From an uncultured bacterium (lineage in GTDB: Bacteria > Hydrogenedentota > Hydrogenedentia > Hydrogenedentales > JAEUWI01), in the NCBI GenBank assembly GCA_963977445.1, contig CAXBPH010000010.1, positions 1 to 48,799 of the forward strand: 48,799 bases of DNA, given 5' to 3'. The position numbers and the translations under genes are program-made. This document shows, one piece after another, positions 1 through 8,849 of this stretch. The number at the start of each line of letters is the position of its first letter. The first letter of the stretch is position 1. The notes below the pieces were generated by a model. That model worked only from the letters and a program-made list of their open reading frames with translations, ran no database searches and was not told the DNA's origin.

Positions 1-53
1 AAGGTGAAGGTGAAGGTGAAGGTGAAGGTGAAGGTGAAGGTGAAGGTGAAGGT
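1..53 (+). repeat. GAAGGT hexamer tandem repeat encoding (Glu-Gly)n
   Basis: Perfect GAAGGT units from base 1 to 53, truncated by the window edge. Confidence 0.95.
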
Positions 54-194
54 GGGACCACTCCGACCGCCGGTTGTCCAGCCAGTAAGTCAGGCATTAT
101 CAATGGCATTAGGAATGCGTATAGCGACATTTTCCTGATGGGCCTGGCGTTGATAACCTTGGTCTCCATCCGGGGATACGCCAGACGTTCATAA
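3..194 (+). CDS. C-terminal end (partial) of a surface protein with Gly-Glu repeat linker and C-terminal membrane anchor
   Basis: Manual translation, frame 3: (GE)n-GGTTPTAGCPASKSGIINGIRNAYSDIFLMGLALITLVSIRGYARRS*, TAA at 192-194, followed by a terminator. Runs off the window start, so it is absent from the ORF track. Confidence 0.8.
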   Translation, partial: GEGEGEGEGEGEGEGEGGTTPTAGCPASKSGIINGIRNAYSDIFLMGLALITLVSIRGYARRS

Positions 195-211
195 CATCAT
201 TTACAATTAGT

Positions 212-253
212 AAGCGGTCCGATATTCCTCAGTGGCATATCGGACCGCTTTTT
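212..253 (+). terminator. Intrinsic terminator between convergent genes, possibly bidirectional
   Basis: 14-bp stem AAGCGGTCCGATAT/ATATCGGACCGCTT running into a T tract. Confidence 0.8.
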
Positions 254-285
254 CATATTTCAATCAAACGTTGGAAGAATTCCAT

Positions 286-3060
286 CTACCCCACATCTCG
301 CCACAACTCCCCTCTCCCGACCACATAATTCGAGAACAATCTGACCACAACATCATTATCCAGCAGCCGAGCTCTACCCACAGCCTGTACCAGCTCCCTC
401 TCGACCAAACTGAATTCCGACGCCTGAACAAATTCATCCTCGGAAAGGCAGCCCAACGAGACTTCAAATTCGTGACGACGTACCGTGCGTGGTGCAAATT
501 CGAATGAAACCCCATTCATGTTCACTCCGACTGCATGCCCCAGTAGTTTCAACGCGTATTCCGGTAGATGGGGCGTACCAATTACTCCCAAATTCTTTCC
601 AGACGCGTTATTGAACCCTTCAGTCGCACCAAAGGTAGAGAAAACGGGAATCTTACTCTCACTTCCCTTTACAACCCGTTCAGAATCGGATTCAGAGGTA
701 AACTCTTTGTGAGTAATAATTCCATCCAACCCAAATTCCTGAACAAGTTCTTCAACCCTTGGTACGAAATCTTTCCCCAATGCCTGTATACACGATTTGG
801 AATAGCTTCGCTCGCGATGAAGATAGAGCTGTCCCTTCAATTCGACCGGTTGTGTATCAATGAATTGCAGCCGATCCCCGTATGCTTTCTCATATAGCGG
901 CAAAATGGGGGTAGCACTGAGAATGACGTACTTGTTCCGGTCGGGAAGTGGGCGTTCGGTGATGCAATAGACATCGGTGGGCTCCTCCGTAGGCCCAAAT
1001 TCTGGTTTGATATAGCCGGTACAGTCCAACAGATGATGAACCGGAGTCGTAACACCTGATTCTTTTACAACCTGGGACATGTCGATACCGGCGTAGGGGA
1101 TATTGTCCGGTATGACCAGGGAGTCTTTATCGGCGTCAACAACGTTCTGTAACGCGTTCACCGTCGGTTTTGAAGGGGTATCAGACCAAATCAAGCGCTT
1201 GATTACGGATTCCACGTCCGCCAGTTTGATGGCATCAATATTGAAAAGCGACTTCATCGGGTCTTCATCGAAGACAAACGTATGAAGCAAGCCGTTTTTG
1301 CTCTGGATGAGACGTACGGCCTTCTCGTGGGTACAGAAAACGCGGGACTGCTTGTGCACGTCTGTATACGCCGACAGGTAGCTCTCGATTTGGGACGCCC
1401 AGGTGCTATCAGCAATTACTTCTTCACATTCGGTCGCCCGCTCATAGATCTCCTTCGTGGCCGTGACACCCAACTTATCAGCGACCGCCAATTCTTCCTG
1501 TAATTGCTTTGGTAATCTGGGTCTATCTGGCCATAGAAAATATGAAACGCCACTTCCCAAGGACTTATACCGCTCGTACGCTTCCTGCGCCAGACGATGG
1601 GTCGGAAAGGCGAGGCAAATGTTGTCTAACTGCGAAAGTAGTTTCAGCAGAACCTGAGTCTTACCGACGCCACAGTCAGCCCGAAGAATGGAAAGGTTTT
1701 TGATGGCACGTTCATCCACCAGAATCGTCTCTAAGGCGTTACGAACCTCGACGCGGGCCTCTTTCAGTGAAACGGCAGATTGTGGCTCCTCGACCTTTCT
1801 ACAGCTGTTTCTGCGCAGACGAACGTGTTCAATCAGATTGGTACCATGTGTGCAGGAATCGGAGTAGGGGCAACTGGCGCAGCGTTCTGGTTTCCAATTG
1901 TACTTCTTCGCGCTGTATATGAGATCGGCGTCTTTTTCAGGGTAAGGGTCCTCTACATCATATCCGGCTTGAAAATGGCTTAATCCGTCTCGATATACAG
2001 TCAGACCATTTCGGTATCCAAAAATATTGGACAAAACGATGCGACGTTCCAGTTTCCCGAGTCGCCGGTCGCCGTCCTGAAATTCCCGAAACAGTTGACA
2101 ATTTGTTTTCAATGTATCCAGATCATCCGGAGTAAGATTGGTATTGGAATTTGGGACATATTGCTGCAAGGGGGAAATGCGTGCTTGAGATTGGTGGCGG
2201 GGGGAGTGGGATGATGAATTTTTTGAAATTTCCTTCCAATGTATGGAGAAAATTTTATTCTCAAAGACAATGAGTGAAAATGGCGAATTCTTGTATTGCT
2301 CTTTATATATATAAGAGGGATACAGGATATCGACATAATTCGGCTCAATCTGATCATATGATTCCACACCAAATTCAGACCGGCTACAATCTACTCCAAT
2401 CTCATTCAGAAATTTCTTTCTATTCCGGGCGAACTGACTTGGACATTTTGATTTCATTTCACCCATACAAGTCTCAAAAATTTGGAACGGGTTGATTCGA
2501 TTGGTTTCATCCATTCGATAGACAGATTTTCCTCCAAAGTAGATACGAGTTGGATCCTTACATTGCTCGTCACATTCCGGAAATAATTTCATCAGAACCT
2601 GTTGCATTAGATTTCTCATTCGTCCGTCGCTCACAACGTGGTCCAAAACGAAAACAGCCCGGAATTTAACAAGTTTCTCTGAGTGGCGGAATGTGAGGTA
2701 AACCAAGGCAGGCTGAACACCAATTTCTTCACATCGTTGATCGAATTCGTCAAGAGTTATATCTTCATCAAAATCGAGAACAAACAACTGTTGTTTGACC
2801 CAGTTTTGACTCTTTCTTCCCTGCCCATCCAATAGGGCAGGGACCATTGCTACTCCATTTTCTCCCACCTTTTCTGCCAACTCACCAATTGTGATCGATT
2901 TTCTGGTGGATTCAAGGCGTCTGGAAATACATTTGGATTCAGGCTTGGTAGGTTTCTGCTCGAATCTAATTGAGTCCAGCATCACTTCAAATTCTGTTGA
3001 GTTTGTGGCCCAAATTTCGCCACCACTCTTGGTGGTATAAATCATTCTTTCATTCATCAT
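286..3060 (-). CDS. AEP-type primase-polymerase fused to a Cys-rich domain and SF2 helicase (replication protein)
   Basis: N-terminal LFVLDFD, YLTFRH, KFRAVF and D-x2-CKDPTR AEP motifs. Middle NCQLF and CASCPYSDSC. C-terminal Walker A ADCGVGKT, Walker B FVFDED, LSATP and QAVGRAR. GGAG RBS upstream. Confidence 0.75.
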   Translation of the reverse strand: MMNERMIYTTKSGGEIWATNSTEFEVMLDSIRFEQKPTKPESKCISRRLESTRKSITIGELAEKVGENGVAMVPALLDGQGRKSQNWVKQQLFVLDFDEDITLDEFDQRCEEIGVQPALVYLTFRHSEKLVKFRAVFVLDHVVSDGRMRNLMQQVLMKLFPECDEQCKDPTRIYFGGKSVYRMDETNRINPFQIFETCMGEMKSKCPSQFARNRKKFLNEIGVDCSRSEFGVESYDQIEPNYVDILYPSYIYKEQYKNSPFSLIVFENKIFSIHWKEISKNSSSHSPRHQSQARISPLQQYVPNSNTNLTPDDLDTLKTNCQLFREFQDGDRRLGKLERRIVLSNIFGYRNGLTVYRDGLSHFQAGYDVEDPYPEKDADLIYSAKKYNWKPERCASCPYSDSCTHGTNLIEHVRLRRNSCRKVEEPQSAVSLKEARVEVRNALETILVDERAIKNLSILRADCGVGKTQVLLKLLSQLDNICLAFPTHRLAQEAYERYKSLGSGVSYFLWPDRPRLPKQLQEELAVADKLGVTATKEIYERATECEEVIADSTWASQIESYLSAYTDVHKQSRVFCTHEKAVRLIQSKNGLLHTFVFDEDPMKSLFNIDAIKLADVESVIKRLIWSDTPSKPTVNALQNVVDADKDSLVIPDNIPYAGIDMSQVVKESGVTTPVHHLLDCTGYIKPEFGPTEEPTDVYCITERPLPDRNKYVILSATPILPLYEKAYGDRLQFIDTQPVELKGQLYLHRERSYSKSCIQALGKDFVPRVEELVQEFGLDGIITHKEFTSESDSERVVKGSESKIPVFSTFGATEGFNNASGKNLGVIGTPHLPEYALKLLGHAVGVNMNGVSFEFAPRTVRRHEFEVSLGCLSEDEFVQASEFSLVERELVQAVGRARLLDNDVVVRLFSNYVVGRGELWRDVG

Positions 3061-3669
3061 TCGTAATTCTCCATGAATTTTTCTCGTACTCGGTCTGTTG
3101 TGATTAGGATTGCTACACGCCTGATCAACAGATATCTGAGCACGTTACTTGACCGGTTTGGATACAGCTCTACCGGTCGGTGATTCATGAAAGAATCGGA
3201 ATTGCCAAAGAAATCAATAGGTGGCGAACCATGGGAGATTCACCGGAAGGAAATAAATATTAAAGCGGGCACATGGCCCTTCAAATGGCGTGTAGCAATT
3301 GAACTATACCATGAGCCTTGATAAAACGCGAGCACATCTGGAAAGTTTTTTTCAGCCATCTGCTCTATTCCGTTCCGCCTCCATCTCGACGACTATTCCG
3401 ACTAATTTCGCGCAAAACTCTCGATTTAAATTCGGGACAAATTCATGTACACCAGGGACGCTCTATCTTCTGGTGCATCGGTTCCTGATTGAAAGTGGAC
3501 GCATCCAGCGTGAACGGAATGAACGACGAAACTTTTCATTTTCAGTCATGACAAATATATAGATCGGAATGAGGTCGTTGAACTGTTTTCAATCAATTTG
3601 TCACCTGACAAATAAAAAACCGCAAGCCGAAGAGAAACCGCAGCAGTAGCTGTAGAAAGGATTCATGAG

Positions 3670-3879
3670 ATGAGAGAAGAATATATCACTGAATCAGAAC
3701 TCGCCGAGTGGCTGAGAATAAGCAAATCTACGCTTCACAAATTACGTGAAGATGGTGTGTTGCCTTTTCAACTGATCGGGTCATGCATTAGGTATTCCAG
3801 GAAGGATATCGACACATGGTTACGACACAGAAAATTCAATGAACAAATAGGAGAATCAGAGAATGTTCAATCCCAATGA
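3670..3879 (+). CDS. Excisionase/AlpA-like helix-turn-helix protein (HTH_17-like)
   Basis: YITESELAEWLRISKSTLHKLREDGVLPFQLIGSCIRYSRKDIDTWL pattern; AAAGGA RBS. Confidence 0.85.
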   Translation: MREEYITESELAEWLRISKSTLHKLREDGVLPFQLIGSCIRYSRKDIDTWLRHRKFNEQIGESENVQSQ

Positions 3880-4426
3880 AATACCAAATCTATCAACTGG
3901 CAGTAACGCCGAATCCATTAACAACCCCAAAGGAGATAATGCAATGGATACAAACAATCAAGATTTTACCGATGAAGAACAGAAAATTATTGAGGAGCTC
4001 AATAATGTGCGCCTTACCTCAACCAGTAACACAACACCAAATTCACCTGCGGGAGAAATCCCTGCTGGAAGCTATCTGTCTTCCATTACCAATGCAGCAA
4101 TGTCAACACATCAGACGGGGGGCTATGACATCGTCCGTATGGAAATCGAGATCCAAGCTGCGCCATATTCAGGCTATATGATGAACAAGGTATACCACCT
4201 TAAGAGCAAGAAGGTCCGTGACTTTTTAAAGCGAGAGGCGAAGGAAATCGGCTATGAGGTTAATGATCGGAGCGAACTTAGCGGGTTTTGCAGCGACGTC
4301 ATTGGCACTATCGTTTTCGCGGACGTTTTACCCTCCGATTCTGGCAACCAGACGGTTTATCTTAAAAGTGCGAACACGAAGAAAGCCGTAATGCCTGTCG
4401 ATCCGGACGCGCTCTGGATAGACTAA
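3863..4426 (+). CDS. DUF669-like putative OB-fold ssDNA-binding protein
   Basis: IPAGSY...ITNAAM...VRMEIEI...PYSG pattern, next to the primase-helicase. Second in-frame ATG with RBS at 3944. Confidence 0.6.
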   Translation: MFNPNEIPNLSTGSNAESINNPKGDNAMDTNNQDFTDEEQKIIEELNNVRLTSTSNTTPNSPAGEIPAGSYLSSITNAAMSTHQTGGYDIVRMEIEIQAAPYSGYMMNKVYHLKSKKVRDFLKREAKEIGYEVNDRSELSGFCSDVIGTIVFADVLPSDSGNQTVYLKSANTKKAVMPVDPDALWID

Positions 4427-4456
4427 TTCGTCTTGAAAAGCATCTTTCTTACCCAT

Positions 4457-4483
4457 GGCCAACTATCATGTTGGCCTTTTTTT
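4457..4483 (+). terminator. Intrinsic terminator
   Basis: GGCCAAC-6 nt-GTTGGCC followed by T7. Confidence 0.8.
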
Positions 4484-4559
4484 CCATTCCCCCACCGGTG
4501 TTTTCGCACGAATATTTCTGACTTCGTGTCCCTTCCGAACACCTTCACCGTTGAATGGT

Positions 4560-4577
4560 AAATCAAGCGCTTGATTT
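4560..4577. promoter_or_regulatory. Perfect 18-bp palindrome AAATCAAGCGCTTGATTT, candidate operator/parS-like site
   Basis: The 16-bp core is also at 1189-1204 (perfect), 20134-20149 and 23840-23855 (1 mismatch each), and 25934-25949 (2 mismatches). Confidence 0.6.
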
Positions 4578-4737
4578 CACGGATTCGAGGGTTCGGCAAC
4601 TATATATATCGATTCTTGAACCCCTTACCCCCATCCCCGGCTCGATTCCCATTCAACCAAGCATTTTCCACACGTCTCACCCCGCTTATGCACCCCGTTT
4701 TACACCCCTGTGAATATCAAAAAAAGGAACCCATCCC

Positions 4738-5349
4738 ATGCTGATACGAATTTTGTTCAAATTGTCCCTGGTCTGTGCCGTCTGTTTCCTGTTGTACGCA
4801 GGTATGACCCGGATTGTTCTGCCCCGGTTCATCCAGAGTGACTCACCAGCGGCCTGTGAAGCGCCTGTGTCCCCAGAAGCCGTTGTAATGCAGCTGAAGG
4901 GCTTGAACCAACTGAACTGCGCCCAGTCTACAATCCAGACGATTGTCACCACGGAGGATTCGACCAGATTGCTCGGACTGCCCATTGGTTCCACCAAGTT
5001 GCTCTACATCGGCCTTGGGGAAGTCCGGGCGGGAGTCGACCTATCTGAAATGGATGTTAGTCAGATTTCCATATCCGATTCGGTAAAGGTCTCCATTCCG
5101 CAGGCCCGTATATTGGACTCGAAGATCGATATTGGCCGCTCTTATGTATATGACGTTCGAGAATCGACGTTCTTTGCACCGGGAATAACGCCACTACAAT
5201 CCGAGGCACAACAGGAAGCGCTGAAACGAGTTGAAAAAGCTGCCATTGAAGCTGGGTTACTCGACCTGGCTAATCAAAATGCGACAGAGATTGTAAAGAA
5301 ATTAGTCGAAGATTTTGTAGAAAAAGAGGTTACCGTTTTGGTTGAATAG
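4738..5349 (+). CDS. DUF4230 domain membrane-anchored protein
   Basis: N-terminal TM segment; GEVRAGVDLS, IPQARILDSKID and GLLDLANQNA motifs. Confidence 0.8.
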   Translation: MLIRILFKLSLVCAVCFLLYAGMTRIVLPRFIQSDSPAACEAPVSPEAVVMQLKGLNQLNCAQSTIQTIVTTEDSTRLLGLPIGSTKLLYIGLGEVRAGVDLSEMDVSQISISDSVKVSIPQARILDSKIDIGRSYVYDVRESTFFAPGITPLQSEAQQEALKRVEKAAIEAGLLDLANQNATEIVKKLVEDFVEKEVTVLVE

Positions 5350-5531
5350 GGACTGTCGGGGATGGGGGTTGGGGCAAGGTAGAAATGCTCTCACCCATCA
5401 TTCCGTAAAATGGAATGAGAATCTGATATCCTTCCAGGTTGGTAAGGTTTCCGGATGAATTTGTTGGTAAGGCTCTATGGGTAACAAGGGCGAAACAGCA
5501 CTCCGGACAGTGTCCGGAATCAGTTCGAGAA

Positions 5532-5597
5532 ATGGCTCAGAAGCGCAAGAATCACTCACATAAGTTCAAGGCGAAGGTGGCACTGGAGGCGATGAAG
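5532..5597 (+). pseudogene. IS3-family transposase OrfA N-terminal remnant
   Basis: MAQKRKNHSHKFKAKVALEAMK matches the start of IS3 OrfA, then similarity is lost; no OrfB. Confidence 0.7.
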
Positions 5598-5798
5598 TGC
5601 GTGTCCACTCGACGCCACTCGTTCCAAGCTTCAACACCACAGGGGCAGTGCCGATAGTGGATTCTAATACAGAGCTCTTACCTGAGTATCCACCAGCCTA
5701 ATGTTCGTAAAATGCCTCATCTCAAGTCAGCTCTCTCCAATAGACCTAGACGATTTGGTAGGTATACAAAAGCTACAGAAGCTTTGCCTCTAGATTTC

Positions 5799-6677
5799 TC
5801 ACAAACTTCCGCTCTTCGAAAACCCCAACCGATCGGCGAGAAAAGTTTCGTCTAGCCAGTCTATCCAATCGGTACCAAAGAATTCGACTCTCCACCACTC
5901 AGATTTCTCCTTCGTTTTGATTATCATGTCTTCTTCCATCGCGTCAACCGGTTCGGGAAGTACATTGGCGTCATTCCGAACAAGTTCAAGAATTGGCACC
6001 CACGTATCGCGGTAATGTACTTCCGTATAATAAAGCGACGCGATTCCCGTTATGATCCAGAGAAAACCTATCGATACTAGCAAGCGAGCAAATTTAGTCC
6101 AGGGTGTCCAATTACGATACTCTCTTTTAACACTCGCAAAAAAAACTAGACTACCAACCACCAATGAGAACTTTAAAAATATCGTTATCTTGAAGCACAC
6201 CTCTCGATTCCCAGTTATCACTTGAAAGTCTGCCGTGTCCTTATAATGTGCCCCAATGGCTTTGTGGTATACCTCTCGAAAACTTTTCACAGGTGCGTAC
6301 TTGCGAACCAGAAGTCGTGCGTCGTTTTCCGAAGTATATTTTGCCACAAGTTGATCCGGCATATAGTACACATATGGAGGGATCTTGTTTAGCCCGCTCG
6401 TAACGGGTCCGTTTAAGATGTATAAAGTCGCGACGACAAGTATTAGTGATAATATGGGAACCAACTTAGCAAGGCCATACGGCTCCAAAATCTCCTTGGA
6501 TGTGCCGAGTTTCTCGCCAAGATTCTTAGCAAACTCAACAAAGCTTTTGGACTGTTTATCTGTAGCCACTGGATCTACGAAGCGAGCGCTCCAGTAAGCG
6601 ATCCCACACATCACCAACGGTGGCCAGGCAAAAGCCCATGCGTCATGTACGGTAGTTGTAATATCCGTAAACGTCAT
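5799..6677 (-). CDS. Hypothetical membrane protein, about 4 TM helices
   Basis: 292-aa ORF with four hydrophobic stretches, GGAG RBS and AT-richer sequence; co-oriented downstream of brxL. Confidence 0.75.
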   Translation of the reverse strand: MTFTDITTTVHDAWAFAWPPLVMCGIAYWSARFVDPVATDKQSKSFVEFAKNLGEKLGTSKEILEPYGLAKLVPILSLILVVATLYILNGPVTSGLNKIPPYVYYMPDQLVAKYTSENDARLLVRKYAPVKSFREVYHKAIGAHYKDTADFQVITGNREVCFKITIFLKFSLVVGSLVFFASVKREYRNWTPWTKFARLLVSIGFLWIITGIASLYYTEVHYRDTWVPILELVRNDANVLPEPVDAMEEDMIIKTKEKSEWWRVEFFGTDWIDWLDETFLADRLGFSKSGSL

Positions 6678-6798
6678 TGTGTCTCCAATTACTTCGTCAT
6701 CGATGCATCTATATAATTTTCAATTCAAACAGACACGGTGGTGCCTGGTTTAGCATCTGAAGATAGGCCTTCCCATTGAGAGGGAGAGGTCTGGCCGT

Positions 6799-8847
6799 TC
6801 ACTCCACCATAGCCTTCAGCAATGCATCCTTAGCATCCGAATAAAACTGGATATCAACTTTCGTCGCCATGTCATCTGAGAGCTCATACAACTGACGGCG
6901 GCAGGCCACGGGCATCAACAGGGCCGTCGCTCCTTTTTCTATGGCAATTTCGGCGATATTCACGGGGTTGTGCACGGTTTCAATGGAGCCACCGAGGTTG
7001 ATTTCACCTACGATGATAAGGCCTCCACGAACGCTTTTTTTGAGTAGGGCCGTCGCCAGGGCGATTAGAGCTCCCACACCCAAGCCTCCACCGGACTTGG
7101 AAGCATCAAAGGCACGAAGCTGTACGGTAAACTCATGTTGCCGGGGCTCTTTATCTCCCACCAGCTGTTTCGCACGGGCGTACATGTTTTGTTCGGCGTA
7201 ACCCATGCTCTCTTTAAATGCTGGTGGCACCGGTTTGTTCAGGATCTTCACCCCGGAACCAGGCCCTTCGTTGATCTCAATACGATAGAGACCCGCATGT
7301 TCTTCGTTGCCACCGGGGCTGATACACCAAACCTGTCCCGGCTCCAGGGGATCACTCCCGATGCTGTTGTCGCTCTGGAGTTCCGGGGTGGATACAAATT
7401 TTTCAACGCCATCCGTGCCCATCACATAGCTGAAATGGGTATTCCGGAATTCCGCTGCCCCGATTCTTTTTTGCTGTTCCTTGACCCGTCTGCGGGTTTC
7501 CAAGGCAAGCCGAACGGCCCATTCCAAATCCTCTTCGGGAATCTCTTGCTCGGTTCCGGGATAGAGTAGCTTAAGAAGACCACTGACCGTCTTGTTTACC
7601 GCGTTGGTATCACGACCAGAAAGCGCGCCACCGTAAAACACCTTGTTCTGGAGTAGGTTTACCCGGCTCTGATTCCGCACCTGGCTCCAACATTCAGAAA
7701 GAAAATCACTTACCAATCCGAAATGGTTCGTCAACAGTTCCTTGCTAATCTTGGGCACATCCCAACCGGGCAGATAGGCGTGAATTCGGTCCATGAATGC
7801 CGTATCGTCCCGCATTTCAGGAGGCATGGGACCGAGCAAATGTCCTACGCGCTGCTGATGTTCCACATCCACGTCAAAATTTCCCACCAGCACGATACTT
7901 CCGTCAGCCCGAATGTTTTCCTTGCCCCGGCTGAACTCGCCCGATTCCATATATCCCTTCATGATGTTTACGCCATCTTTTTGGTCGAAGGAAATACCAG
8001 ATACTTCATCGAAGCAGACCACGTCGTATTGGCAAACCAAACCACGTTGGCCATTGGCATTATTCACAAACATACGAGCCACCGTGGCCTTACCACCGGA
8101 AATCAGGTGGGCGTAGGGCGAAACCTGTTGAAAAAGGTGGCTCTTACCCGTCCCCCGTGGTCCCAGCTCCACCATGTTGTAGTTTCGCTCTACGAAGGGC
8201 ACCATGCGCAAGAGCATAGCGTCAACCTGACGAACGGATAAGCCTTCGGGCTCTATGCCGATGGAGCGCAGCAGGAATTTCTTCCATTCTTCCGTGGAGA
8301 ATTCCTTACGGGCTTTCTCCAGGCTTTCTAACACATCCCGCTTGGAAAGCTGAATCTCCCGGAGCGAAACCACCCCAAAAGGCCGTCCTTTACTTTCCTG
8401 TGCGATGGCCGCATCGTAGTTAAGCGTAACCTCCGCATAGAAACCGCCGGTCAGCATCCGTTCATGGCGGTTTACCAGCTCTGGACTGATTCGTACATCA
8501 TTGAGACGTAGGCTGGGAAGGGTTGCGAGATAGCAGTCGGTCTTGGCATCGAGCCGGGCGGTGATGATGTCGATGATCTTCACCTCACCCTGTTCCCGTG
8601 CCCTCGCCTTGAATAGCTCCTCTTCACCCGCCTTCACCGTCTTCGATTTCAGCTGACGTTGGACAACTTCGATCCCCTCATCGATTTCTTCCTGATTGGT
8701 GCTGGCACAATAGCGTCCCAACAGGAATTCAACCACATACGTGGGGACAGGGAATTGGCGGCTAAAGGTCCGGACCAAATCTTTCCGGACAAGGTACCCA
8801 TCCAGAACCGAGGCAGCTTTCTTGTCGATGGCATCAAGCTCAATCAT
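6799..8847 (-). CDS. brxL: BREX Lon-related AAA+ protein BrxL
   Basis: VRKDLVR, VPTYVVEFLLGRYC, GPRGTGKS, FDEV, DTAFMDRIH and a C-terminal Lon-like domain. ATG at 8847 (alternative TTG at 8853). Confidence 0.9.
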   Translation of the reverse strand: MIELDAIDKKAASVLDGYLVRKDLVRTFSRQFPVPTYVVEFLLGRYCASTNQEEIDEGIEVVQRQLKSKTVKAGEEELFKARAREQGEVKIIDIITARLDAKTDCYLATLPSLRLNDVRISPELVNRHERMLTGGFYAEVTLNYDAAIAQESKGRPFGVVSLREIQLSKRDVLESLEKARKEFSTEEWKKFLLRSIGIEPEGLSVRQVDAMLLRMVPFVERNYNMVELGPRGTGKSHLFQQVSPYAHLISGGKATVARMFVNNANGQRGLVCQYDVVCFDEVSGISFDQKDGVNIMKGYMESGEFSRGKENIRADGSIVLVGNFDVDVEHQQRVGHLLGPMPPEMRDDTAFMDRIHAYLPGWDVPKISKELLTNHFGLVSDFLSECWSQVRNQSRVNLLQNKVFYGGALSGRDTNAVNKTVSGLLKLLYPGTEQEIPEEDLEWAVRLALETRRRVKEQQKRIGAAEFRNTHFSYVMGTDGVEKFVSTPELQSDNSIGSDPLEPGQVWCISPGGNEEHAGLYRIEINEGPGSGVKILNKPVPPAFKESMGYAEQNMYARAKQLVGDKEPRQHEFTVQLRAFDASKSGGGLGVGALIALATALLKKSVRGGLIIVGEINLGGSIETVHNPVNIAEIAIEKGATALLMPVACRRQLYELSDDMATKVDIQFYSDAKDALLKAMVE

Positions 8848-8849
8848 GG

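Noticed and set aside
1..53. GAAGGT repeat as a telomere-like or CRISPR element
   Set aside because: It is an in-frame coding repeat with no spacers.
194..286. Left att site of the island
   Set aside because: No copy of the tRNA 3' end here or noticed elsewhere; only a terminator.
5439..5657. 72-aa ORF as a functional transposase
   Set aside because: Only 22 residues resemble OrfA; no DDE gene.
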